Of a stretch of DNA of 64,000 nt, positions 1-10,056 are shown piece by piece. The translations under genes and the position numbers were made by a program. Source of the stretch: an uncultured virus (IMG/VR IMGVR_UViG_3300009181_007169) (lineage: Duplodnaviria > Heunggongvirae > Uroviricota > Caudoviricetes); the IMG/VR virus record IMGVR_UViG_3300009181_007169; one strand, given 5' to 3'. Each line of letters opens with the position of its first letter. Positions within the stretch are counted from its first letter, which is position 1. Under the pieces are notes generated by a model that was given only the letters and a program-made list of their open reading frames with translations, was not told the origin of the DNA and did no database searches.

Positions 1-1404
1 AGGTTTTATTTTAATTGATTTTATTGGCTCTAACACTTTATTATAAAATATTAAAGTTTTCTTATTGATAGAATATACAGGTAAAAAATCATTTTCTGTA
101 AATATCATTGCGTTTTCTGGCAATAATATTTCCCCAGATTGTGTTATGATTTCATAAACAATTTCGTCTTTCACTTCTAATAAAGTTTCCACTGTACTGA
201 AAAGATTATTACTTTGAATTAATTCTTGATTTTTCAACTGATTTATATTAAGCAAATTATTGCAGGGATCAAACGTAAATAATTCATATTCATTTGAGTT
301 GTTTATTGATTTTGCACTAAAAGCCCCTACAGTAATTGGATTTATAAAGTTAAGATAAGAAATTGTGTAAGATTGTGTGAGTGTTCTTGTAGATATAATT
401 TGAATTACAACATAGTTTAAATTATTCAAATTTGGTTCAATGTTAACCAGTTTAAAAATCACATTATAATATCCAGAATTTATATTGCTTAAAATCTTGC
501 ATTCTTCAACACTTATAATTTCATTTTCAACAGTAGTAAACACAAGCTTGAAAATTGTATCTGCGTTTGGATTGTAGTTAGGATCAGAATTTGTGATTGT
601 TAAACCAAAATAATTAAAATCAGAAATATTGTAAGAACCAGAGAAAGTAAGCCTTAGTGAAATTCCCGATGAAAGTTTAGAAATTATTAATGGATTAGTA
701 GTTGAAAACAAACTATTTGTAAGATTCAAATTTATATACTGATAATTAAAGTCTCTATTATCTGAATATTCATAGTAATCAAATGTCACAGGAAAAGTTT
801 GAAAATAAGCTGAATAGTTTGCTGTAGCACTTAGTGTTTGCGGGACAGCGGAACTTACCTGGCTAATTGAAGATGATGCTGAATTATTGATTTGCAAATC
901 AATTGGAATTTGAATTTCAACATCATAATCACCTACCAAATTTAAAAATACTTCTCCATCGAATTGTGTGACAAAATCAGATTTTTTGATTGAAATTACA
1001 GAAGTGTATACAGTAAAATTTTGATTTTTTTCTATACATCTCACAGAATAATACACAGTGGATATAGAGCCAAAAATTTGAGTTTTTGCCAAATAAAAAA
1101 TTTTAGAATAGTTTCCTGGGGAATCTTCTGCTATTGGTTTATTCACTAAAATTTTCAAATAGAATATTTTAGAAGCACCACTTACACCTTCAATGTAATT
1201 AGTTTTGTTTTCAGATGATATTTCTTTTGGGAAAAAATCATCTGAAATAATGTTGCTTAAAATTTGAGAGCCATTTTTAGATTGTCTTTTGTATTTAAAT
1301 AAAGAATCATCATAAACTGATATAGAATACTTTGGCAAATCATTTGACACAATCTGAGAAGAATATTGCGCTGTCTTAAAAATATTATTCTTTTTAGGGT
1401 ACAA
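1..1404 (-). CDS. Partial ORF running off the left edge (>468 aa, MYPKKNNIFKTAQYSSQ...), probable virion structural protein; absent from the ORF track
   Basis: Hand translation from TTG at 1404 is open for the first ~100 codons, and the same frame is open at the window edge (..KVLEPIKSIKIKP). Middle part not checked codon by codon. Directly follows the 1681-aa gene. Confidence 0.7.
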   Translation of the reverse strand, partial: MYPKKNNIFKTAQYSSQIVSNDLPKYSISVYDDSLFKYKRQSKNGSQILSNIISDDFFPKEISSENKTNYIEGVSGASKIFYLKILVNKPIAEDSPGNYSKIFYLAKTQIFGSISTVYYSVRCIEKNQNFTVYTSVISIKKSDFVTQFDGEVFLNLVGDYDVEIQIPIDLQINNSASSSISQVSSAVPQTLSATANYSAYFQTFPVTFDYYEYSDNRDFNYQYINLNLTNSLFSTTNPLIISKLSSGISLRLTFSGSYNISDFNYFGLTITNSDPNYNPNADTIFKLVFTTVENEIISVEECKILSNINSGYYNVIFKLVNIEPNLNNLNYVVIQIISTRTLTQSYTISYLNFINPITVGAFSAKSINNSNEYELFTFDPCNNLLNINQLKNQELIQSNNLFSTVETLLEVKDEIVYEIITQSGEILLPENAMIFTENDFLPVYSINKKTLIFYNKVLEPIKSIKIKP

Positions 1405-1408
1405 AAAA

Positions 1409-4400
1409 TTAACCACCACCACCACCTATTACAGTGCCACCACCTGTTGAATCTCCAGATGAGCCACCAGTAGTACCGCCTATAATATTTCCTCCAGCAT
1501 TACCACCCGAAGTAGAACCTCCCGATCCTCCTGTATTCGATCCGGTTGAATTACCTGATCCATCTGCTACAAAAGTTCTAAAAAATATACTTCCATATTG
1601 TCCAGTAAGGTCTGAAACATAATAATAACCATTTTCTTTGATTTCTAGCGACACTGGTCGTGAAAATACATTTGATAAAGAATATTGATTTGAACCATCT
1701 TGACCAATTTTAATTAATTTAGATCTAATTCCCCCCAATCTGTCATTTAGAAGAATTAAATAGCTATCATCTTCAGAATAAGCTTTCACTGCATCAAAAT
1801 TTGCAAATTCGTATTGATTCACTAAGGATCCAGAATTTCTATTGTATACAATTGCTTTTCCGACAATATTATTTGTGCTTATCCCTGGTTGAGCAATTAA
1901 AAGTACATTTCCATTCTCGTCTGCACCACGATCTAACACCACAGTAGAACCGCCAAGTTTTTCATTAAAAGTAAAACTAGACAAACTTATCTTGTATCCT
2001 AAAACAAAATTTGAATTATAAGATCTTACCGCATTGTTACCTACAGTAGACACAACTAAGGCGTTTGCTTCTGTGTAATCTAAATGAATAGGCTTGAAAA
2101 TATTATCAAAATAAATCGGAAAAACATTTACAGGTATTGAATAGAAATTGGAGTAATTCGGGAATTGGTTAGATCCTTGCCAATAACTCCACAGTTCTGT
2201 GCTTGTTTCTGTAGCAGTGCCAAATGTTACTGGATCAACAACATTTACAACTACATTTGAGTTGTAATTTAAAATTGTACCAATGCCCAAAGCATTGTTT
2301 ATATCAAATTCATCAAACTGTGAAGTGTTATAGGTTATAGTTTCATTTTCAGGCGAGTTACCATCACTTCTTCCAGTAGTTGGTAATAAAAATGGTGGAT
2401 TTGTACTAGGATTTTGAATTTCAAATCTTATATCATCTGGGTTAGCTGTTAAAAGAGCGTCCATAGTTTTTGTAACAGTGACATAAAAAGTGGCAGATTG
2501 ATTGTTCGCATTTACCGCGAAAAGCCCTACATTGGTTTGATCGAAGTATGCTGAATTTGTGAGCGAATACGATACTCCATTTACTGACACTGATAAAGAT
2601 TGTGTGTAATCTGTGGCAAAAATCAAATACTGACTGAAGACAGCATAGAGTTGCCGAGTGTTGGTATTATAAAATGCACCAAGAATTGCAAAAGCTCTAT
2701 CACATCTTGGCAACTTGATATTTCCTTGAATAGATCTTACAACCGTTCCATTTGAATTTACTTCTAAAACTCTATCACTGTCTGTATCAGCGATGAAATA
2801 TCCTGATTCTCCGTTTGAAATAAAATGTTGTGGATTTAAAAGTCCAGCATCTAACCCAGCAAATGCTTGATAAGGCGATAAATAAAGATTGTTATTGATG
2901 TCTACAAATCCTGTTGTATTAGTTGAGTCTGTAAGCTCTAAATTATTTGTGGACAAATAAATATATTTGTTGATATTTTCAGTGTCTGTAATTTCTATTT
3001 GATATGACTGGTTATTATCATTGGGCACTGGGACAACACTGATATTTGAGTATTCTCCTTGTGACCATTTTAGTCTAGGGTATAAACCTTGAGGAGCATT
3101 GTTTACATTTGTGTCATAAATAATTCCCGTGGATTTTCCGTACACACTATAATTAAGTGCAATGCTACTTATTACTGGCGCTGCAAGCTGATCAACACTA
3201 GCGGCATTGAGCACAAATATTAAATCAATATATCTTCCGGATTTATTGATGTTTGTGCTACCTCCAGAGATTGGATAAATTGGATTTAGAGTATATGAAT
3301 CAAGATTAAGTTGATCCAAGGTGTCATCAACTCTATAATAAAATTGAATACTTGAAGTACCTTTTGGCGAGTAAGGGGTGGAAAAACTATAAATAACATT
3401 ATCAAATGTTGCATTTCCGGCTACACCTGAATCAAACCTGAAAACAAATGTTCCTGTACCAGCATATTTATTGGCATTAAATGCAAAAATTGAATTTTTT
3501 AAACCATTTGCTTGACGATATGTAAGAACTTTGGGATAATTAGTTTGCAGGATTTGCGTGTTGAATTGTGGTAAATACCAACCCAACTGGTAGTTATCAT
3601 TATTAGTCCAGCCAGTTGATGTTGACCACTTAAACCCAAAACCAATTATTGATGGGTTTGGCTGTTCAGTAAACAAAGTTAAATCAACAAAATCATAAAA
3701 TTGTGATGTTGTTGAACCATTTTGTCTGATTGTGTAAATTTTTTCAGAAATTTTTATTGAAGATCTATTAGTATTGTTACTTAAACTAAAAGGTATCAAG
3801 GTGCCACCGGAAAATGTATCTGCAAAAATTAAGTAACAACTGATTTGACCTAAAGTTCTATCAGCTGTCTCGTTCAATGTGGCAATTGAAACTGCAACAG
3901 TATCTTGTATTGTCAAAGTTTTTGTTGCAAATGTAACATAAGAATATCTATCTATTGAGTCTGCTTGGAACTGTGTGCCTTGAACAATTTGCTCGCCAAC
4001 ATACCACCCAAGTGTAGCTGAGCCAGCAGTTGAAGGTGTTGATATGCCAAGATAAGAAATTGGTTTTGTTAAAGTTATCCCGCCATCCGTTAATGAGGTA
4101 TCACCTATTCCAAAAGTATAAGTAGTTATTCCAGAAATAGAATTATTAGCAAAAGAAGTAGACAATCTATGTACTCTGTTATTCAAGCTATCGGCTACAA
4201 AAAACGTGCTAAAACCTTGCTGTGCATGTATTCCAGCTGGTCTCTGCATGTATATAGACATTGATGTAATGCCAATCGAACCAGAGGTGCCAAAATTATA
4301 ACTATACACAAACTGACCAGAAGTTGTACCAACCCCCACTATACTTCGATAATTTATAATTCTATTGTTGTCTGTGTCTGAAATCAACAAATCTAACCTA

Positions 4401-6454
4401 GAACCTATTCCATTAATAGCTAAACCTTGTGGATGATCAAAACCGTAAATAAAAGTAGTATTCACTCCGTATGTCACGAAAGCAGTGGTAATGTGACCTG
4501 CCCCATCAGTGAGTACATTAAATAATCCATTTTGATTACCGTTGTAATTTATCACAAAAGTATCATTATTACTATAGCCAGTACCCGAAGAGGCTATTCC
4601 AATAGATTGTATTGTGTCATTTAGCGACGCAGAAAATCTAAAAGATGCGCCAACTCCTGTAACTGAACTAGAAGCGTTGTATGTTATAAGGTTAGTATTT
4701 GCAACACCAAAACCACCGCTATTTCCACCCAATACTTGATAAATAGAAAGTTTGTTATTTGTTTCTATTCCGCATAAAACTCTGTGATTATTGTAATCAG
4801 AAACAAATAAATAATTGTTTCCTTCAAACGAAGTAGCAATTAGCCCCCTTGGGTCATTCAAAGATTGGTTCAGACCAATAATTGTATTATCTGAATATTT
4901 GTATGTTCTTTGATAAACAGGAACTCCACCACTCCAAGTATACTTTTGAATTTGATTATTGCCTGAGTCAGCGACATAGAATGTGTTACCTATACCAAAA
5001 ACTCCCTTAGGAAAATTAAAACCAATCCCATTTCCGCTTCCTGGTACACCAGAAGCATTATTGGCTCCAACTTTAGCAATAACAGATGAAAAATTACTGT
5101 CAGTAACTATAATCCTATGGTTATAAGTATCAGCTATATATAAGTAGTTATTGATAGAATCAAAACTAAGACCCAATGGGGAATTCAAATTTAAATTTGG
5201 GTCAAAATCAATTCTTCTATTTATGTATACGCCAGAAGTTGAAAAAGCTGACACATATGAATCTTGCGCTCCAGAAACATAGATTGTGTTTGCGGATCCA
5301 GTTAAACCATACGGTATGTTAAGCGATCCAGCCACCGGAGTAGTGACTACCCCAGTAACTTCAATATTTGAAACAGTGGGATTTGGTATAGAGTCTTCAG
5401 CAAAAAAAAGTGCAGTTTGGAAATCTTGCGTAGAATTAATTTTAATAACATTAGATTGCCTTGCTAAACCAGTTGTGCCATAAACCCTATGTAGTTCAGT
5501 ATTAATAAGAGCTGTAGTATTTGAATAATCCACAAATTTATCCATTTGTGGATAAGGAACATAAAATATAGAATTAATCTGCTCTCCATCGATATTAAAA
5601 AATCCTGATTGTTTTTTAAGAGCTAAAATAATTTGTAGCCTATTCACTATACCATAATCTGATAAACTGTAATTTTGATCTGGATATTGTAAAGAAGCAA
5701 GCAGTGCATCAATCTGCTCGTGAGTAAGAGTGCCAATGTTTGTTAAAGTATTGTGGTCTATTTGCGGTAAACGATTTGCACTTAATGTACCTGATGTAAC
5801 TTTACTCAAATCTAGTTGATCTATATTGTCGGATGACAAGAAACCAGTTACATGTTTTGACAAATCTATTGGAGAAGGATTATTCAAACCTCCTATGTGT
5901 TTATGATTTTTCACTAATCCAGTTAAAGAACTAAATAACGAAATTTCTTGTCTTCCATGATCTGCGTCATTGTAAGCCACAAGAGTAAAAGAGCCATCAG
6001 AATTTACAGTTAGTTCAGCCGCGCCTAAACCAATATAATTTTCACGATCTACTATTTGTGTTAGTGAGTAAGTAAAATTAATAGTTTTATCAACAGGAGT
6101 TGTCGCATTTTGAACAGCATAAAAATAATAAATAAAAGTTCCAGAAGTGACACTTCCAGGTAAAATTAAATTCACGTCAACATACTGAGATGTTTCAGAA
6201 AATTTATAACTTACATGACCTTTACCTTCGCTGATGCGAATTGTTTTTTGTGATGGAACTGCTGAAAGATTCCAAGATGGAATTTGTTTTCCATTTTCAT
6301 CAAATTTAGTTAGAACACCATTGCCAAAAATGTTATATACATTGTATAGTTGATTTTCTATAGTTGTAAAACGATTTTTGTCTAAATCAAGTTCATTCCC
6401 AATAGTCATATTGGGAATGAAATAGCCTAATTGATAAATTGGTGTTTTATTCAT
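1409..6454 (-). CDS. Large virion (tail fibre/baseplate) protein with NHL beta-propeller repeats
   Basis: Repeated NHL-like motifs (YIADTYNHRI, YVADSGNNQI, FVSDYNNHRV, FVADSLNNRV, FIADTDSDRV); Gly-rich C-terminus; S/T/N/G-rich composition. Confidence 0.7.
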   Translation of the reverse strand: MNKTPIYQLGYFIPNMTIGNELDLDKNRFTTIENQLYNVYNIFGNGVLTKFDENGKQIPSWNLSAVPSQKTIRISEGKGHVSYKFSETSQYVDVNLILPGSVTSGTFIYYFYAVQNATTPVDKTINFTYSLTQIVDRENYIGLGAAELTVNSDGSFTLVAYNDADHGRQEISLFSSLTGLVKNHKHIGGLNNPSPIDLSKHVTGFLSSDNIDQLDLSKVTSGTLSANRLPQIDHNTLTNIGTLTHEQIDALLASLQYPDQNYSLSDYGIVNRLQIILALKKQSGFFNIDGEQINSIFYVPYPQMDKFVDYSNTTALINTELHRVYGTTGLARQSNVIKINSTQDFQTALFFAEDSIPNPTVSNIEVTGVVTTPVAGSLNIPYGLTGSANTIYVSGAQDSYVSAFSTSGVYINRRIDFDPNLNLNSPLGLSFDSINNYLYIADTYNHRIIVTDSNFSSVIAKVGANNASGVPGSGNGIGFNFPKGVFGIGNTFYVADSGNNQIQKYTWSGGVPVYQRTYKYSDNTIIGLNQSLNDPRGLIATSFEGNNYLFVSDYNNHRVLCGIETNNKLSIYQVLGGNSGGFGVANTNLITYNASSSVTGVGASFRFSASLNDTIQSIGIASSGTGYSNNDTFVINYNGNQNGLFNVLTDGAGHITTAFVTYGVNTTFIYGFDHPQGLAINGIGSRLDLLISDTDNNRIINYRSIVGVGTTSGQFVYSYNFGTSGSIGITSMSIYMQRPAGIHAQQGFSTFFVADSLNNRVHRLSTSFANNSISGITTYTFGIGDTSLTDGGITLTKPISYLGISTPSTAGSATLGWYVGEQIVQGTQFQADSIDRYSYVTFATKTLTIQDTVAVSIATLNETADRTLGQISCYLIFADTFSGGTLIPFSLSNNTNRSSIKISEKIYTIRQNGSTTSQFYDFVDLTLFTEQPNPSIIGFGFKWSTSTGWTNNDNYQLGWYLPQFNTQILQTNYPKVLTYRQANGLKNSIFAFNANKYAGTGTFVFRFDSGVAGNATFDNVIYSFSTPYSPKGTSSIQFYYRVDDTLDQLNLDSYTLNPIYPISGGSTNINKSGRYIDLIFVLNAASVDQLAAPVISSIALNYSVYGKSTGIIYDTNVNNAPQGLYPRLKWSQGEYSNISVVPVPNDNNQSYQIEITDTENINKYIYLSTNNLELTDSTNTTGFVDINNNLYLSPYQAFAGLDAGLLNPQHFISNGESGYFIADTDSDRVLEVNSNGTVVRSIQGNIKLPRCDRAFAILGAFYNTNTRQLYAVFSQYLIFATDYTQSLSVSVNGVSYSLTNSAYFDQTNVGLFAVNANNQSATFYVTVTKTMDALLTANPDDIRFEIQNPSTNPPFLLPTTGRSDGNSPENETITYNTSQFDEFDINNALGIGTILNYNSNVVVNVVDPVTFGTATETSTELWSYWQGSNQFPNYSNFYSIPVNVFPIYFDNIFKPIHLDYTEANALVVSTVGNNAVRSYNSNFVLGYKISLSSFTFNEKLGGSTVVLDRGADENGNVLLIAQPGISTNNIVGKAIVYNRNSGSLVNQYEFANFDAVKAYSEDDSYLILLNDRLGGIRSKLIKIGQDGSNQYSLSNVFSRPVSLEIKENGYYYVSDLTGQYGSIFFRTFVADGSGNSTGSNTGGSGGSTSGGNAGGNIIGGTTGGSSGDSTGGGTVIGGGGG

Positions 6455-6669
6455 ACGATTGGTTTACTTATATCTGTAATTTTTCCGAGCCCCCACAGAG
6501 TAACACCATATGTCATAGCCTCTGGAGATTGTGGCTCAATGTAATTGGTATTCAAAACTGGAACTTGCGATATTTCTGCGGCAAATGAACCATAGGGCGC
6601 GATATTATCAGTTTTGCTCATTGTTTGTGAATAATACTTGATTGCTTCTGATAAATTATTGAAACGCAT
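6451..6669 (-). CDS. Hypothetical protein (72 aa)
   Basis: ATGA overlap with the downstream gene, so translationally coupled. Confidence 0.6.
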   Translation of the reverse strand: MRFNNLSEAIKYYSQTMSKTDNIAPYGSFAAEISQVPVLNTNYIEPQSPEAMTYGVTLWGLGKITDISKPIV

Positions 6670-6708
6670 ATATGGTTATTGCGATTTTTGAATAGAGAAA
6701 CCTTGAAA

Positions 6709-9700
6709 CTAAATATTTTGAATTGGTTTTTTGGATCCGTTTACAGAAGCTTTTATCAAGTTATTTTCAATATCAAAATTATATGTAATTCCTGATAAAA
6801 GAAACTGCTCTGGAATTTCTGTAGTTTCAAAAACAATTTTATTTGTAGTTAACCCTATAGAATTTTCTGGTAAATCATTTTCTACACAAACTGTAAACCA
6901 GCCCCATTCTTTTAAAGGCTTAGTAACGTAAGCTGATAAATTAATATTTTCATAAACTGTGTTATAGTTTGCATTCATCCATTTTTGTAAAAAAGAATTT
7001 GCAAAATCAGCATCTGGCAAACTTAAGCCTGAAATTGTGGTGTGAGTGTCAGGGTCACTATCAGGATCATCAAACGTTACTATTTTTTCATAACCAATGT
7101 AATTATTTGCATCCTCAATTGCACTGAAAGGTGTGATGGCGTCTGTAAAGTTATATACACTAGAGTTGAATTTTGAATCAATATCTAAAAATCTAAAAAT
7201 TCCTTGATAAAAAAGGTTATCCGCATTAGAACTTGAAGTGAATGCAGATTCACCAGTAAGATATCCATGAATTTGATTTATATCTTTTGTCATAAGCTCT
7301 GTAATGTTTTTTCTTCTCAAATAAAATGTGTTTTTATCTTTTGGTAAAGTTCTCGAACTCATTACAATACCATCCACATCTGTAGATACACCTACTCTGC
7401 CAGGGCTATTTAGCGAAGAAGAACCGCTTGTATACCAATAATAAACTGGCACATCAAACCTTTTCTTTTCAGCGCCTGGATTTATATCCACTTGTATTAA
7501 AAGATCTCTACACTGTTTTAGCACTTTAAAATATCCATTTTGCACACTATATGGTGAAACATAAAACTTAGATAAATTGGCAATAGCCATAGAATCAGCA
7601 ATTCTTGGAAGCGATGCTTTGGGATCATTTTCAAGATAATATGCAATTGTGTTTGAATTGTTAATATCGCCCAAATCATACTTAAAATGATTGTGTAACT
7701 CAGAAAAATAAACTAAAGAATTAATGATTTTTTTAATTTTCATTCCTGGAAAATGCATGGCAACTTTAGAAAGTATTGATGTTTTATCTCTTTCAAAAAG
7801 GGCATCGATTAAATCATAAGCGTCAACTACAATAGTTGTTTTGTCAAGATTTTCATTAACACGTATATCAAAAACCATACCCTCAAAATATGGATACATT
7901 GTGTCATACCCTGCAGAAATTCTCAAAACACAAATATTGTGCCGCATAAATTGTAATATTTTTAAACCCACTTCCGATCTATTAAGGTTTACAAAAGTGA
8001 TATTTAAATGCGATTTAACATAGTTAGATGCACCTTGTTCCAAGTTCTTGTTTATAGACATTGAAGTAACAGATTGTGTTAAAATTTCTGAAATATTTTT
8101 TATACCATCTTTAGTAGTTAAATCATATTTCACATAACTTTCTAAAATATCTGGCTCAGGAACTTCAAAATCTGGAACCACTTTATTGAACACATCCCCT
8201 CCTAGTGTTTTGGGGAACGTAACTTTGATTGCATATTGACCTTTTGATGAATTAGGGTTTAAATCTTCAACTTGAGCATCATATAAATTCTGATTATTTT
8301 TTGTTCTAACATCACGGTAAACTGTTGCGCCACCAATAACAGGATCTGGTTTTTGATTATTGTTTTCAAATGTAAATGCAGTATGATCTTTCAAGACTTG
8401 TAAAACTGTTTCTTTTTTTGGAATAAGCTCTTTTTTATCATACGAATTATTAAATTGAATGAAATTAAGTGTGTTTGCTAATTGAGAAGAGCCTAGTGCT
8501 GGAATATTTTGGTCATCATGGGGATCAAATAATGGTGGACCATAACAAAAAGTGAAATCCATATATTGAGCTTGAATGTTCACATAAGACTTATCGTCTA
8601 AATAGTGATCGTATTGTATTTCTTCAAATGTGTTTCCAGTTTGATTACTTACAACTATTTTTGGTCTTTTAATTGCTTGCCACGAAGATGGATCTTTTTC
8701 ATTACCTATATATAAATATTGACCAGAATAATAAACATAAAGTTCATATTCATTTGGTGTTTTGTCACCTGAATTTTTATTCGGAGAACTGATTCTTTTT
8801 AAATTGCTAAGCTCAACTGATTTGTAGTTAGCTCCTGCATTAATATTTTGCATATTTAACTCATTCAAATTAAAAAATAATCTTGGGGAATCATTTGGGC
8901 TAATTTCTAAAGTGTACCGATAAATTTTTTGTTTAGATGCAAGTACTTCGCAATTTTCTTGAGTAGTAATTGGTGAGTTTGGAAGATATCCCCAAGAAAT
9001 TATCAATCTTGATTCTGCAAGCACAGTATCATTTGTTGGAGCTTGTGTTGGAAGATTATTGCTAACAACTATACTTGAAAACTTCATAGCAAAGCCAACT
9101 GGAGTGTTTACAGAGGTGGAGAAACCTACATTAACTACCTCAAGCTCTTTTGATAAAGTGGCGTTGTTATAAATTAAATACTTTGCTTTTTCATTAACAG
9201 TATAATCATAAGTCATTGGGTATATTCTTGTCAATGAAACTTGAGAATTAGAGGCATATACTTGAACTTGTGCAGTATCGGTGAAAGACCAAGTTTGAGC
9301 ATAAGGTTGAATATCTTTTGAGTTTACATTATTTTTGGGTAAAAAACCTAAAAAGTCTTCAAAATTAAAATTTATCTTTTTGTTCCCATCTACTACTCCT
9401 GGTAAATTATCTATTTGCCAAATATTATAACTGGGAAGAGGACTTATATCTCCTTTTGTAGATTTATTTAATACTGCATTAGAAGTTTTTGTTGTACCAG
9501 GAATAAATGGTGTACCAAGTTTATTAAAAGATTGTGTTGTTGGATCATTTACTGCTGTAAAAAATTGATCTAAAATGTCTGGGTTTTGTGTTAAAAAACT
9601 TTGAGTACTATCTGCCTGTATGACTGGTGCGGGAAAAGGTTCCAGTGGACCTTTAATTAAATCATAGAAAGGATGTACCTTTCCAGGCAATAATGTGCCT

Positions 9701-10020
9701 TCTACAAAAGTGCAATATGGAGCACCTGTAATTTCAACATGCGGAGGCATTACTCCATTGGCTACAACATTTAGTTTTCTTGATTTATTTTTTTTAAGCT
9801 CTTCATTTTTAAAAAATGATTCACCTTGCTTGCCTCCTGGGTTAGGATAAAAAGGGTTGTTAACAGTTTCAGACACAAAACCAGCAGCAAAGTTTGACCT
9901 TGATTTTATATCAAAATAACCAAGCTCAACAAGAATTTTTAATTGTTGTTTGGTGTCTAAAGTATTTAATATTTCAAAATTGCTTGAATTATTAAGATTT
10001 GTTGAAGTTCCAATTCTCAT
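6709..10020 (-). CDS. Putative baseplate hub/tail protein (1103 aa)
   Basis: C-terminal half reads like hub proteins (SMSINKN..HLNITFVN..LRISAGY..YFEGMVFDI..TIVVDAYD; terminal FLLSGITYNFD..KASVNG); structural gene context. Confidence 0.5.
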   Translation of the reverse strand: MRIGTSTNLNNSSNFEILNTLDTKQQLKILVELGYFDIKSRSNFAAGFVSETVNNPFYPNPGGKQGESFFKNEELKKNKSRKLNVVANGVMPPHVEITGAPYCTFVEGTLLPGKVHPFYDLIKGPLEPFPAPVIQADSTQSFLTQNPDILDQFFTAVNDPTTQSFNKLGTPFIPGTTKTSNAVLNKSTKGDISPLPSYNIWQIDNLPGVVDGNKKINFNFEDFLGFLPKNNVNSKDIQPYAQTWSFTDTAQVQVYASNSQVSLTRIYPMTYDYTVNEKAKYLIYNNATLSKELEVVNVGFSTSVNTPVGFAMKFSSIVVSNNLPTQAPTNDTVLAESRLIISWGYLPNSPITTQENCEVLASKQKIYRYTLEISPNDSPRLFFNLNELNMQNINAGANYKSVELSNLKRISSPNKNSGDKTPNEYELYVYYSGQYLYIGNEKDPSSWQAIKRPKIVVSNQTGNTFEEIQYDHYLDDKSYVNIQAQYMDFTFCYGPPLFDPHDDQNIPALGSSQLANTLNFIQFNNSYDKKELIPKKETVLQVLKDHTAFTFENNNQKPDPVIGGATVYRDVRTKNNQNLYDAQVEDLNPNSSKGQYAIKVTFPKTLGGDVFNKVVPDFEVPEPDILESYVKYDLTTKDGIKNISEILTQSVTSMSINKNLEQGASNYVKSHLNITFVNLNRSEVGLKILQFMRHNICVLRISAGYDTMYPYFEGMVFDIRVNENLDKTTIVVDAYDLIDALFERDKTSILSKVAMHFPGMKIKKIINSLVYFSELHNHFKYDLGDINNSNTIAYYLENDPKASLPRIADSMAIANLSKFYVSPYSVQNGYFKVLKQCRDLLIQVDINPGAEKKRFDVPVYYWYTSGSSSLNSPGRVGVSTDVDGIVMSSRTLPKDKNTFYLRRKNITELMTKDINQIHGYLTGESAFTSSSNADNLFYQGIFRFLDIDSKFNSSVYNFTDAITPFSAIEDANNYIGYEKIVTFDDPDSDPDTHTTISGLSLPDADFANSFLQKWMNANYNTVYENINLSAYVTKPLKEWGWFTVCVENDLPENSIGLTTNKIVFETTEIPEQFLLSGITYNFDIENNLIKASVNGSKKPIQNI

Positions 10021-10056
10021 CTACTTTATTAAATTATAAAAGTTTTTAGTGCTTAC